Assembly (NCBI GenBank): GCA_020632195.1
Contig: JACKGA010000001.1
Span: 45,673 to 109,672 of the forward strand
DNA from: Candidatus Nomurabacteria bacterium
Lineage (GTDB): Bacteria > Patescibacteriota > Minisyncoccia > Phycocordibacterales > UBA1006
DNA length: 64,000 bases
Direction of reading: 5' to 3'
Below, one piece after another: positions 9,940 to 19,715 of this stretch. The notes under the pieces are model-generated. The model was given only the letters and a program-made list of their open reading frames with translations. It was not told where the DNA came from and did no database searches. Position numbers and translations under genes: made by a program. Each line of letters begins with the position of its first letter. The stretch's first letter is position 1.

Positions 9940-9972
9940 GTAAAAAACTGCTCGCAAGAGTGGTTTTTTATT
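9940..9972 (+). terminator. imperfect Rho-independent terminator after tig
   Basis: aaaaaactgctc-gcaa-gagtggtttttt: a 6-of-8 bp stem followed by a T-run. Confidence 0.4.
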
Positions 9973-9997
9973 ATTTAATAAGTATTAAATTTTAGGC

Positions 9998-10012
9998 AGA
10001 TTTGTGTATAAT
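9998..10012 (+). promoter_or_regulatory. candidate extended -10 promoter element (TGTGTATAAT)
   Basis: tttgtgtataatg lies about 50 nt upstream of the 10063 ORF. Confidence 0.3.
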
Positions 10013-10062
10013 GAATGCGTAACAGTCGAGTTGCGTATATATGAGTGTTATAGAAAATAATT

Positions 10063-10419
10063 ATGGAAAAGTTGAAACCCAAAGCATACATTTTAGATTG
10101 GACAGTTAATGATTATTCAAGTCTGCTTGAGATACTAACTGAACAAGCTATTGATTTTGATATTGAACAGGGGACAAGGAATCTTATTGTTAACATCCCA
10201 TTTACCCAGCTTGATCTTTTTTCTCGTATAATACAACAACAATTAAATAGTCCTGTTAATTATGTGGATATTCAATATCCTGAAATGAAACTAACCGTTA
10301 TCATATTTAAAAGTGAAGTATTTAAAATTAAAACTGAAGAACAAAACAAGGAAATTAAGAAATGGGCTATAAATAATGGACTTCCAGTCCAACAAGCAGA
10401 CTGGGGAGTATCTTTTTAA
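10063..10419 (+). CDS. hypothetical protein (118 aa), low-GC
   Basis: Intact ORF that is markedly AT-richer than the flanking tig and clpP genes. Confidence 0.5.
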   Translation: MEKLKPKAYILDWTVNDYSSLLEILTEQAIDFDIEQGTRNLIVNIPFTQLDLFSRIIQQQLNSPVNYVDIQYPEMKLTVIIFKSEVFKIKTEEQNKEIKKWAINNGLPVQQADWGVSF

Positions 10420-10567
10420 GAACCATAATTACATCCTATAACAGACAATATATGCTCCGCTTCGCTACGGTCTTCGACAAATCTATCACTGCGTGATAGA
10501 CTTCATATATCGTCGGAACGTTGTCGGAAATGATTTTTACCCCTTTTTAATTATTCACGTTTTCAAA

Positions 10568-11095
10568 ATGAGCAACAAAAATTCTATAGATCAAATTAAT
10601 GTTTGTATTCCAGTTGTTTCTGCAATTGTAGAAAGAATTAGAAATGGAGAAAAAGAAATTTTAATCCAAACAAGATGGAAACCAGAAAGAGATCCAGAGT
10701 ATTCAGGAACTATAGAAATACCTGCTGGCTGGATAGATCGTTATGAAAATGTTTACGATGCTTTAAGAAGAGAGGTTTTAGAAGAAACTGGTTTGAAAGT
10801 TACGAAGATAAAACCTGAAACTAAAACAAAACTATATTCTCCAAAAAATGATTTAAATTTTGCTTTTGTTCCTTTTTGCTGTCAACAACAATTGAAAGGT
10901 GGCAAACCTTGGGTTGGTTTTGTTTTTGTATGTGAAGTTGAAGATAAAGAACCAAAGCATCAAGAAGAAGAAACAAGAGATGTTCGTTGGATTAAAATTT
11001 CGGAATTTAAGAAAATATTTGCAGAAACCCCAGAAAAAATATTCACATTACAGCTCGGAGTATTAGAGTATTATTTTGAAAATCACGAGGGGTAA
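10568..11095 (+). CDS. NUDIX hydrolase
   Basis: Nudix box GWIDRYENVYDALRREVLEETGL, which fits G-x5-E-x7-REVxEExG. The start is taken at the internal ATG (MSNKNSIDQ). Confidence 0.75.
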   Translation: MSNKNSIDQINVCIPVVSAIVERIRNGEKEILIQTRWKPERDPEYSGTIEIPAGWIDRYENVYDALRREVLEETGLKVTKIKPETKTKLYSPKNDLNFAFVPFCCQQQLKGGKPWVGFVFVCEVEDKEPKHQEEETRDVRWIKISEFKKIFAETPEKIFTLQLGVLEYYFENHEG

Positions 11096-11389
11096 AAATC
11101 ACTCTCCGCTATCGCTCCTGCCTAAAGGCTCCGACAACAGCTGATATCCGTTCGCTACGCACATCCCGACCATATTGAATTAAATTTTAGTGGAATGGTC
11201 GGGACGTCAGATATCAGCGGACGTTATGTGTAACCATTTTTTTAACAATTTAATGATTTGCAGAGAGATTTTTAAATAAGGAATGAAATTTAATTTTTTT
11301 CTTTATAATAATGAGGGGAATAAAAGGAATTTCTCCGCTATTGCTCCGAAATGAATATATTTATAAATTTTTAATTATTATTAAATATT

Positions 11390-12046
11390 ATGAAACTACT
11401 TTTAACATCACAAGGATTTTCTAATGATTCAATTGTGAATGCTTTTATTGATTTAGTTGGGAAAAAACCGGAAGATACTCACTTGGTTTATGTTCCAACA
11501 TCAATTCATGGAGCTAGAGGTGATAAAAAATGGTTTGTGAGAAATATATCAAATGTTGCAAAATTAAATTTTAAAAAATTTGAGATAATCGATATTGCAG
11601 TTGTTGAAAAAGAAGTTTGGAAATCTAGTTTTGAAAATGCAGATGTGTTGTACTTTGAAGGTGGAAATGCGCAATTTCTTTTACAATGGCTAGAAAATAC
11701 AGGACTAGATAAAGAATTAGCCAAAATAATTGAGAATAAGGTTTATGTTGGTTCAAGTGCTGGATGTATTGTTTTAAGTAAAACTATTTGGGCTGCTTCA
11801 AACTATATTTTAGATTCAGAAATTAAAGATGTTCCAAAAGGATTGGGATTAGTTGATTTTTATTTTAGACCTCATTTTAATTCGGAAGATAAAGCAACTA
11901 TAAATAAAGATTCTCTTTCAGAAGTTTCTAAAAAGAATCTAAAAGAAATGATTTATACAATGGATGATAACTCAGCTTTAAAAGTTATAGATGATAAAAT
12001 CGAAGTAATCAGTGAAGGTGATTGGCTTGTTCTGAATGAGAAATAA
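11390..12046 (+). CDS. peptidase S51 (dipeptidase E-like) family protein
   Basis: YFEGGNAQFLLQWLENTGL ... VYVGSSAGCIV resembles the PepE/cyanophycinase class I amidotransferase-like fold with its Ser nucleophile in a G-S-S-A-G context. Confidence 0.6.
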   Translation: MKLLLTSQGFSNDSIVNAFIDLVGKKPEDTHLVYVPTSIHGARGDKKWFVRNISNVAKLNFKKFEIIDIAVVEKEVWKSSFENADVLYFEGGNAQFLLQWLENTGLDKELAKIIENKVYVGSSAGCIVLSKTIWAASNYILDSEIKDVPKGLGLVDFYFRPHFNSEDKATINKDSLSEVSKKNLKEMIYTMDDNSALKVIDDKIEVISEGDWLVLNEK

Positions 12047-12052
12047 TAAGGT

Positions 12053-12102
12053 GTTTCTATTTTTTCAATTCACCCCTAACCCCTCTTGAAAAAATAGAAA
12101 CG
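12053..12102 (+). terminator. 16-bp perfect inverted repeat hairpin after the peptidase gene
   Basis: gtttctattttttcaa ... ttgaaaaaatagaaac, followed by an A/T-rich run. Confidence 0.45.
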
Positions 12103-12160
12103 AAAAAAATTAAATTTTAGAATAATGATAAAATCTCTCTGCAAAAGAATAATAAGGATA

Positions 12161-12196
12161 AAAAAATGACCCTTTGAAATAAGGGTCATTTTTTAT
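12161..12196 (+). terminator. Rho-independent terminator (bidirectional character)
   Basis: aaaaaaatgaccctt-tgaaat-aagggtcattttttat. Confidence 0.55.
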
Positions 12197-12274
12197 GGAG
12201 ATCGGGGACCCAGAGTCTGACCACAGTTACCTCTCTGAAAAACAGTGTTTTGTCCATTCCGGTTAAAAATAACC

Positions 12275-12323
12275 TGGATCCCAGATATTTTCTCCACGTT
12301 GCTTTGAAAATTCTGGGATGACA
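12275..12323. repeat. Hairpin repeat copy c (long-loop variant)
   Basis: tggatcccaga-[tattttctccacgttgctttgaaaat]-tctgggatgaca, a near-duplicate of copy b at 905..953. Confidence 0.65.
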
Positions 12324-12595
12324 CATCTGGGAGAAGAATTTAAAAACCATATCTTCCCTGTGTAGGCAGAGATCCCGTACAACATAGCCACGTGATATAA
12401 TCCAAGCATATGCATTCAAACCTAGCAAAAAATATTCAAGAGAAATATATTGAATATACAGCTGATTGGATTTTATTTGAAGAAATAAAAAAGAAACACA
12501 ATCTCTCAAGCTTAATCATTTGATTCCCTTGCAATCTCTCTCCCCACCCTTACAATACAACCATTACTATTTCTGATTAATTTCTCTATAATTTT

Positions 12596-13168
12596 ATGCT
12601 TATTCCAACTGTTATTGAAAAAACCCATGAAGGCGAACGCGCGTACGATATTTATTCACGGCTTTTGAAGGATCGTATTATTTTCCTCGGCACTGCTATT
12701 GATAGTGATGTAGCGAATGCAGTGGTAGCCCAGCTTCTACACCTCCAGCAAGAAGACCCGAAAAAAGACATCGTTATGTATATCAATTCCCCTGGCGGAC
12801 ATGTGTCGGCAGGGATGGCGATCTACGATACGATGCAACACATTAGTTGTGATGTATCGACGATCTGTGTCGGTATGGCTGCATCTATGGGAGCTATTCT
12901 CCTTTCGGGCGGTACCAAAGGCAAGCGCTTCGTCCTTCCTCATTCGGAAGTGATGATCCACCAACCCCTAGGAGGCGCCGAGGGGCAAGCATCAGATATC
13001 GAAATCTCTGCTCGTAAAATTCTCCAAACCAAAGACATGCTCTATGATTTGCTCGCCAAGAATACCGGCCAAAAGAAAGCAAAAGTCGAACAAGACGGCG
13101 ACCGTGACTACTGGATGACCGCAAAAGAGGCGGTAGACTATGGCATTGTTGATAAAGTAGTTAAATAA
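12596..13168 (+). CDS. clpP: ATP-dependent Clp protease proteolytic subunit
   Basis: The N-terminus [32 protein letters not shown] and the catalytic-region signature [13 protein letters not shown] ... MIHQPLGG match ClpP. Confidence 0.95.
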   Translation: MLIPTVIEKTHEGERAYDIYSRLLKDRIIFLGTAIDSDVANAVVAQLLHLQQEDPKKDIVMYINSPGGHVSAGMAIYDTMQHISCDVSTICVGMAASMGAILLSGGTKGKRFVLPHSEVMIHQPLGGAEGQASDIEISARKILQTKDMLYDLLAKNTGQKKAKVEQDGDRDYWMTAKEAVDYGIVDKVVK

Positions 13169-13186
13169 ATCGCAAGAATTTTAAAT

Positions 13187-13220
13187 AAAAAAACCGCACC
13201 TAAAGGGTACGGTTTTTAAT
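13187..13220. terminator. bidirectional Rho-independent terminator between clpP and the convergent membrane-protein gene
   Basis: aaaaaaaccgcacc-taaag-ggtacggttttt, with one mismatch in the stem. Confidence 0.6.
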
Positions 13221-13227
13221 TTATTTT

Positions 13228-14067
13228 TTATTCCTCTGGATGCGGAGAATGATCTCCCAGAGTTGCTACACGATTCCAAATTGTTTTTCTTAAGACACCA
13301 GCACGGTAGCAGAGAAAATCTAAATATGTATATGGTTGATTATTGTTTTTTGCTTCATTTTTAAACTTACCATAGTCCTCAATGTGATCAATGTATAGAA
13401 TATAAAAGTATATTCCAATAACTGCTATAGCTATGATACCTACGAAAATAATGGTGTATATTATAGCGAATATTGAGGCAAAAGAAGCCACACCAATCAC
13501 CAATATTACAAACATGATGAGTTCTTTTCCTTCCCAGACATCATCCCTAAGAATAAATGCTGCAAGAAATACGAATCCAGCACAGATAGCTAGAAAATAA
13601 CCACAATAGCCTTTATCTTTCATTCGTTCTGTGTGATCCTCATAAGATACTGTTTCACGCTCTAAATGATAGACTCGTATCTGTCTTTCTATCTGAGGAA
13701 AGAAAGTAAAGAAGCCTTTCCGTTCAAGTTCAATTATCTTTTCATAAGATTTATCCCCATAGAGAATATCTTGGATCTCAGCTTTAAATGTTCTTCCGTC
13801 TGAATCAATCAAAATTTTTCGCTTATTACCTGTAGGCTCATATGGCACATATACATCATTGGTTTCGGGGTGTATGTACATAGGCTTTCCTATTTCTGAA
13901 GCTACAAACTCATAAGCTACCCCAGCCTTATAATCATAGACCCATTTTATTTCTCCAACTTCGTACTGCGCTGGTTGGGATTCGTTTAGATTTGCCTGAG
14001 AGCTTGAGACTTGCGCTCTTCCTACTAGAAAAGGAATCAACATGATCAAGAATATTATTTTTTTCAT
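13228..14067 (-). CDS. hypothetical membrane protein with signal peptide (279 aa)
   Basis: N-terminal MKKIIFLIMLIPFLVGRAQ, followed further in by hydrophobic helices. Confidence 0.6.
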   Translation of the reverse strand: MKKIIFLIMLIPFLVGRAQVSSSQANLNESQPAQYEVGEIKWVYDYKAGVAYEFVASEIGKPMYIHPETNDVYVPYEPTGNKRKILIDSDGRTFKAEIQDILYGDKSYEKIIELERKGFFTFFPQIERQIRVYHLERETVSYEDHTERMKDKGYCGYFLAICAGFVFLAAFILRDDVWEGKELIMFVILVIGVASFASIFAIIYTIIFVGIIAIAVIGIYFYILYIDHIEDYGKFKNEAKNNNQPYTYLDFLCYRAGVLRKTIWNRVATLGDHSPHPEE

Positions 14068-14348
14068 AGTTATAAGTTTTAAATTTTAAAATATTTCTGT
14101 CAAATATACTACCAGAAAGAGCCCTGTCAATAGCTCAAAAAAGAAATAGTAAAACGAGGGAACATTTTGTTTCCTTTTTTATTCCCCTACTTCTGTATTT
14201 CTGCTATATTGGATATATCAGATTGGTTGCTAAGGAAGTTACACTGAAGACAAACTGAGGTTACTATTATTTGATCTAATCCACATCCGCGGTTGTTATG
14301 GAAACAATAGAATATTCTGTAATATTCCGACTGGATGATTTCTGACCT

Positions 14349-15833
14349 ATGGCATTCATATGGGCAATACTGGGTATTGTGATTGGGGCAATACTCGGAG
14401 CGCTAGGGCGCATGATGTATACCCAAAATAAGAAAAAGTCGCTTGAGCTCGATATCAAGAAACTTACTCTCGATGCAAAAGAAGAAGCACAGCAGATTAT
14501 CGACAAAGCCGAAAAGAAAGCAGATGAACTGCGTCATGAAGGAAAAGAAAAGGAAGACCGTCTTGTCAAAAAAGAAGAATTCCTTGATTCTCGCCAAAGA
14601 GACCTTGATAAAGAGCGTGAAAAAATTGAAGCGACCAAAAACCAAATTGAAATTGAAAAAGAAAAAGCTGAGCAATTAATAACAGAACAACAAGCTAAGC
14701 TTGAAGCAGTTGCTGGACTCTCTACTGATGAAGCAAAAGCTCAACTGGTACATACCATCGAAAGTCAATTTGAGGAGGATTTAGTTATTCGTCTACGAAA
14801 AATGGAAGAAACGAATACTGAAAAGCTCGAAGAGCGTGCCAAAGATATCCTGACGACATCGATCAATCGCCTCTCTTCATCGGTAACACAAGATGTCAGC
14901 ACAACTACCATTTCCATCCCTAATGACGACATGAAAGGAAAAATCATTGGGAAAGAAGGGAAAAACGTTCGCGCATTTGAACGCGCAGCTGGTGTTGAAG
15001 TGATTATTGATGATACACCAGGCGCCGTGACTCTTTCGAGTTTCGACCCGATTCGTCGTCAGGTGGCTCGTGTCGCACTCGAAAACCTCTTGATCGATGG
15101 ACGCATTCAACCAGCCAAGATTGAAGAGTTCGTTGAGCAAGCTCAAAAAGACATCAATCAGATCATAAAGAAAAAGGGAGAATGGGCCGTACACGAAGTG
15201 GGCGTCTTTAATTTTGACCCACGCCTTGTCTCAATCATTGGACGTCTGTATTTCCGCTATAGTTATGGCCAAAATGTACTCCAACACTCCGTAGAAATGG
15301 CGCATCTTGCGGGAATGCTTGCCGAAGAGGTTGGTGCTGATGTAACTATTGCCAAGGCAGGTGCGCTCGTACACGATATTGGGAAGGCGCTTGATCATGA
15401 AATCCAGGGTACCCATATCGAAATTGGTATCCGTATTTTGCGCAAATTCGGTGTTGATGAGCGTATTATCGATGCTATGAAATCTCACCATGATGACTAT
15501 CCGCATGCATCACTTGAGGCATCAATTGTCCAGACAGCCGATATTATTTCAGGGTCTCGTCCAGGAGCGCGTCGTGATAGCCTCGAAAACTATCTCAAGC
15601 GCCTCGCTGAGCTTGAAGCAGTCGCAACAAGCTTCCCCGGTATCGACAAGGCCTATGCTTTGTCTGCCGGACGTGAAATTCGTGTCTTTGTAAATCCGAC
15701 GGCAGTAAATGATCTCGAAGCTCATCAAGTAGCCCGCGACATGGCAAGCAAGATCGAACAGGAGCTCAAATACCCAGGAGAAATCAAAGTGCATGTTATC
15801 CGAGAAAATCGCGTAGTGACCTTTGCGCGATAG
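14349..15833 (+). CDS. rny: ribonuclease Y
   Basis: N-terminal transmembrane helix, a K/E-rich coiled coil, a KH domain (GKIIGKEGKNVRAFERAAGVEVIIDD) and an HD domain (LVHDIGKALDHE). Confidence 0.95.
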   Translation: MAFIWAILGIVIGAILGALGRMMYTQNKKKSLELDIKKLTLDAKEEAQQIIDKAEKKADELRHEGKEKEDRLVKKEEFLDSRQRDLDKEREKIEATKNQIEIEKEKAEQLITEQQAKLEAVAGLSTDEAKAQLVHTIESQFEEDLVIRLRKMEETNTEKLEERAKDILTTSINRLSSSVTQDVSTTTISIPNDDMKGKIIGKEGKNVRAFERAAGVEVIIDDTPGAVTLSSFDPIRRQVARVALENLLIDGRIQPAKIEEFVEQAQKDINQIIKKKGEWAVHEVGVFNFDPRLVSIIGRLYFRYSYGQNVLQHSVEMAHLAGMLAEEVGADVTIAKAGALVHDIGKALDHEIQGTHIEIGIRILRKFGVDERIIDAMKSHHDDYPHASLEASIVQTADIISGSRPGARRDSLENYLKRLAELEAVATSFPGIDKAYALSAGREIRVFVNPTAVNDLEAHQVARDMASKIEQELKYPGEIKVHVIRENRVVTFAR

Positions 15834-15870
15834 CCCCTACCGGACCTCTTCTGAAAATTGTTATTTTTCC

Positions 15871-15900
15871 TTGTATTTTAAGGTTTTTTTGTATTATAAT
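15871..15900 (+). promoter_or_regulatory. candidate sigma70-type promoter upstream of the HU gene
   Basis: ttgtat - 18 nt - tataat with an upstream TG (tgtattataat). Confidence 0.35.
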
Positions 15901-16020
15901 GTATACATTCATTTCATATTGTTGTGAAATGGGTTATGTACATTACTCATCTGTCTATGGTAACGGATACTTTGGTCGCGATATCCTTCCGAAGTATTCT
16001 CCTATTACCTATTAACTTCT

Positions 16021-16296
16021 ATGAAGAAAACAGACCTTATTGATATGGTTGCTGACATCACAGGCGGCACCAAAGTTATGGCTGGGCAAGTAGTTGAAGG
16101 TATCTTCGATACTATTGCCAGCGAAATGGCTAAAGGTGGCAAGGTAGATATTGCTGGTTTCGGTAAGTTCGAAGGTTCTATGCGCGCAGCTCGTACTGCT
16201 CGCAACCCTCGTACTGGCGAAATGGTAAAAGTTGCTGCTAAACGTGTTCCTAAGTTCAAGGCTGCAAAAGGCCTCAAAGACACCGTCGCTGGATAA
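16021..16296 (+). CDS. hup: DNA-binding protein HU
   Basis: MKKTDLIDMVA...GFGKFEGSMRAARTARNPRTGEMVKVAAKRVPKFKAAKGLKD, the canonical HU/IHF fold signature. Confidence 0.95.
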   Translation: MKKTDLIDMVADITGGTKVMAGQVVEGIFDTIASEMAKGGKVDIAGFGKFEGSMRAARTARNPRTGEMVKVAAKRVPKFKAAKGLKDTVAG

Positions 16297-16314
16297 TACC
16301 ACCGATTTCAGTAA

Positions 16315-16347
16315 ACAAAAAAACACCCGCATGGGTGTTTTTTTGTT
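16315..16347. terminator. bidirectional Rho-independent terminator
   Basis: aaaaaaacacccgc-atg-ggtgtttttttg. Confidence 0.75.
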
Positions 16348-17106
16348 CTATCTTTTAAAGAACGTCTTGAAAAAACTTATGATTGACCAAAACCATTTTT
16401 CTTCACTCTCTCCTAACTGTATATTCATACTCGAATCTTCTGAAATCTGCCCCGTCCAATAAGCTCCTCCAAAATCAATAATGTCTTCTCCATGCCATGC
16501 AAAAGACTCATCTTCCCCTGAGGTACTGAGGGACATGGTATATCTTCCTGTATTCTCTTTGGGGACTGGGATATATACATACACGTCAAAAGATTCATAG
16601 TAGGCACGTTCGGGAATATTGATTGAATCTATATCTATCCCATCTTTAAAAATATGCAAAATCGAAGTGCTCGATTTGTCTGCGTGGGCAAAACGATTTC
16701 TGCTCTGTACAGTAATCTTGCTGAAGATAAAGTTAGCCTCTTCTTTTTCAACAGAGGGGATATCCTCCCGAAATGAATCCAAAGAAAAGAAAGGCGGGTT
16801 GGTCTCAAAATATTTAGGGCCCTGCTCTGTTATCCAAAAATAAAGAATATGGTTTTTACTTTCTACCTCATCTACCCAATCTATATACATACCTGGCTCA
16901 CATTCACCACGCATATATGCCCATGTTTCACACTCACTTCCATCTGGAAAATGACACAGCCCAATATCGACGCTGTCCCCCAACGTCCCACCATTATCTA
17001 TACAGAAGATCGAGGATGGATTTGGCATTGCAGAGAGCCCTTGTGCACCTAAAACAAAGAAGAGTAGAACAAAAACAGCTGTGAAAGATTTTTTAATAAT
17101 TTTCAT
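16348..17106 (-). CDS. secreted protein with an N-terminal DUF333-like (putative hemolysin-like) Cys-rich module
   Basis: Signal peptide, then PSSIFCIDNGGTLGD...GLCHFPDGSECETWAYMRGEC, which resembles the DUF333 motif. Confidence 0.5.
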   Translation of the reverse strand: MKIIKKSFTAVFVLLFFVLGAQGLSAMPNPSSIFCIDNGGTLGDSVDIGLCHFPDGSECETWAYMRGECEPGMYIDWVDEVESKNHILYFWITEQGPKYFETNPPFFSLDSFREDIPSVEKEEANFIFSKITVQSRNRFAHADKSSTSILHIFKDGIDIDSINIPERAYYESFDVYVYIPVPKENTGRYTMSLSTSGEDESFAWHGEDIIDFGGAYWTGQISEDSSMNIQLGESEEKWFWSIISFFKTFFKR

Positions 17107-17137
17107 ATAGGGTTATATTAGCATGAAAATGCTGACA

Positions 17138-17168
17138 GAGAAAAACACCCCCAAGGGGTGTTTTTCTC
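17138..17168 (-). terminator. Rho-independent terminator downstream of csp
   Basis: gagaaaaacaccc-ccaa-ggggtgtttttctc. Confidence 0.7.
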
Positions 17169-17199
17169 ATATAGGTTAGTTCTCTAAAAAGAACTAAGA

Positions 17200-17400
17200 C
17201 TATACACGTTCTACGTTAACGGCAGTAAGACCTTTGTCATTCTCCTCAACGTCAAATTGAACAGCATCTCCTTCACGCAAATCATTGTAATGCGCGTTTG
17301 TAAGAGCTGATGCGTGAAAGAAAACATCTTTCTCAGCACCTTCCTGAGCGATAAAACCGAATCCTTTGTCGGTCAAACGCTTGATAGTTCCTGTTTGCAT
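17200..17400 (-). CDS. cspA: cold-shock protein (CspA family)
   Basis: MQTGTIKRLTDKGFGFIAQEGAEKDVFFHASAL: RNP1/RNP2 motifs of the cold-shock domain. Confidence 0.95.
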   Translation of the reverse strand: MQTGTIKRLTDKGFGFIAQEGAEKDVFFHASALTNAHYNDLREGDAVQFDVEENDKGLTAVNVERV

Positions 17401-17615
17401 ATTTCTTCAACTCGTATTTAAAAAATAAATATGAGTATTGGTTTCTTCGTAAGCGACTTTCTTCGAAAAACTTTTTAATAGTTGTCGCTCATGAGTTCTA
17501 AAAAGACACGATTGACACATCGGGGAGTATACCATGACAGTGGAGAAAAGCGAGGAAAATGAGGAACAAAAAAGCCCCGTTCACAGAACGAGGCTTTTTG
17601 AAAAAATGTCCACTT

Positions 17616-19442
17616 TTATTCTACTGTAACCGCCTTCGCGAGATTGCGAGGGCGATCAATGTCACGACCCAAGATGAGCGCTGTATTGTAGGCAAGCAGT
17701 TGTCCGACAATAGCATGAGGAATGACTCTTAGATCAGGATGAGTGTATTTCATAGTGATTGCTCTATCTGCCTGTTTGATAACCTCATCATCCTTTTCAT
17801 TACAGACAACAATAGTGTATGCCCCTCTACTTTTGATTTGCTGTAATTGATTCAGCATTTTATCTCTCAATTCTTCAGAAAGATTTGCAAGGAACACAAT
17901 ACATGGAACTCCTTCTTCTAAAAGGGCAAAGGTGCCGTGCTTCATTTCCCCTGCCGCAAAAGCTTCTGCATGCACATATGAAACTTCTTTAATTTTTAAA
18001 GCCGTCTCTTGCGCTACTGCAAAATCAAGCTCGCGCCCAATAACAAAAACCTTCTGTTGAGTTGCAAGGTACTGAGCAGCATGCTTGGTCTGATCTATTG
18101 CTAGGATATCAATAATTGAACGTGGAACGAACTCAAGAGCCGGTAGCCAGTCAATCTTTTTATCTGTCTTCTGAGCAAGTAAGGCGGTCCACATGTACAA
18201 AGTGGTCACCTGTGATGTAAAAGCTTTGGTGGATGCTACGCTCCTTTCGGGTCCTGCATGCAAAAGTGTCCCTCCCTCATTCATACGAACCATGGAAGAG
18301 CCAGCCGTATTGCAAATACCCAAAATAAGGGCACCCTTGCTACGAGCATATTTCAACCCAGCAATAGTATCTGCGGTTTCGCCACTTTGTGAAATGCCTA
18401 CCACTACATCCCGTGTAGTAATGAGTGGCTGCTTGGATGCAAACTCTGAGCCAATTTCTGCCCGAGAACGGATTCCTAAATATTTTTCAAATAAATAGGC
18501 TCCTACACACGCTGCATAGTAACTTGTACCGCACGCAAGAAATATGACTTGTTCGGCATCTATAAGCTGCTGAATGGCTTTTCTATTACCATACTCAAGT
18601 CCACCAAGGGTGATGCGCCTACCCTGAACTCGACCGCGCATAGTGGCATCAAGCGTTTCAGGCTGTTCCATAATCTCTTTGAGCATCCAATGCTCATATC
18701 CATTTTTATCAAGACTATCAATTACTTCGCGATCAAGAGGAAGTTTTGTTGGCACTTCTTCTTTTTGATCCTTGATACCATACAAAGAAACCTTATCTGG
18801 ATGTACCACCACAAGAGTTCTTTCCGAAACTTCCGCGTACTGAGTAACCTCAGAAGGAAATGCATCGGGGGTCGAGGCAACAAAATTCCCATGATCTGCA
18901 TATCCGATAATGAGTGGGCTCGTTTGAGTCACTGCATAGATAATATCTTCACCCGTAACACCAATAGCCAGCGCAAACGCTCCCTTTAATTTATTCACTA
19001 CCTCTATGATGGACTGACGTATATCAAGGCCAGTTGATCGATAATAATGAATCAAATGAGGGATCACTTCGGTATCAGTCTCTGAGGAAAATTTGTAACT
19101 ATGCTCAACCAGAAAAGATTTAATCTCTTTATAATTATCAATCTGGCCATTATGCACCACCCAGATATCCCCTGATGAGTGCGGGTGCGCATTCTCTTGG
19201 GTAGCATCTCCGTGGGTTGCCCACCGCGTATGTCCAATTCCACACGTATACTTATGATGTTCTTGAGAAATATACTGCTTGAGAACCGAAGCGCCCCCAA
19301 CAACACGCAAAAGTCTTGCATCTTTCTCGCCAATAAAGACAACTCCGCAAGAATCGTATCCTCGAGGCTCTAATTTCTCCAAGCCTGGGATCAAAATGTC
19401 TGTCGCTGGCTTAAATCCAGCGTAACCTATTATTCCACACAT
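17616..19442 (-). CDS. glmS: glutamine--fructose-6-phosphate aminotransferase (isomerising)
   Basis: N-terminal MCGIIGY with the Cys2 nucleophile, followed by two SIS domains; 608 aa. Confidence 0.95.
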   Translation of the reverse strand: MCGIIGYAGFKPATDILIPGLEKLEPRGYDSCGVVFIGEKDARLLRVVGGASVLKQYISQEHHKYTCGIGHTRWATHGDATQENAHPHSSGDIWVVHNGQIDNYKEIKSFLVEHSYKFSSETDTEVIPHLIHYYRSTGLDIRQSIIEVVNKLKGAFALAIGVTGEDIIYAVTQTSPLIIGYADHGNFVASTPDAFPSEVTQYAEVSERTLVVVHPDKVSLYGIKDQKEEVPTKLPLDREVIDSLDKNGYEHWMLKEIMEQPETLDATMRGRVQGRRITLGGLEYGNRKAIQQLIDAEQVIFLACGTSYYAACVGAYLFEKYLGIRSRAEIGSEFASKQPLITTRDVVVGISQSGETADTIAGLKYARSKGALILGICNTAGSSMVRMNEGGTLLHAGPERSVASTKAFTSQVTTLYMWTALLAQKTDKKIDWLPALEFVPRSIIDILAIDQTKHAAQYLATQQKVFVIGRELDFAVAQETALKIKEVSYVHAEAFAAGEMKHGTFALLEEGVPCIVFLANLSEELRDKMLNQLQQIKSRGAYTIVVCNEKDDEVIKQADRAITMKYTHPDLRVIPHAIVGQLLAYNTALILGRDIDRPRNLAKAVTVE

Positions 19443-19588
19443 AATTATTTTGTTTTTTAGTTTTTAAAAAATTGTTTCACTTTTGAGTATAAAGTACTCA
19501 TGGAAAGAGTCAATTGGCAAATATGCTCATAAATATTGCAACTCCTCCACCCTTCTGCTAGTATGCATGTGCTGCCGAAAAAGCACTT

Positions 19589-19660
19589 GCGGGTGTAGTT
19601 TAGTGGTAGAATACCTGCCTTCCAAGCAGGGGACGGGAGTTCGATTCTCCCCACCCGCAC
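19589..19660 (+). tRNA. tRNA-Gly (anticodon TCC)
   Basis: gcgggtg tagtttagtggtagaat acctgc CTTCCAA gcaggg gacg ggagttcgattctcc cacccgc a folds as a cloverleaf with a TTCGATT T-loop. CCA is not encoded. Confidence 0.9.
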
Positions 19661-19665
19661 ACGAG

Positions 19666-19694
19666 AAAAAGCCCTTAGAAATAAGGGCTTTTTC
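19666..19694 (+). terminator. Rho-independent terminator after tRNA-Gly
   Basis: aaaaagccctt-agaaat-aagggctttttc. Confidence 0.7.
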
Positions 19695-19715
19695 TTATAT
19701 AGGTGAGGAGAAGTT

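Noticed and set aside
12186-12509. 107-aa minus-strand ORF
   Set aside because: It spans the long-loop hairpin repeat and the terminator hairpin in the pepE-clpP intergenic region, with no RBS or compositional support.
14443-14679. 78-aa Lys-rich ORF and the antisense ORFs at 14403..14675
   Set aside because: They lie inside the K/E-rich coiled-coil of RNase Y and are alternative frames of a low-complexity region.
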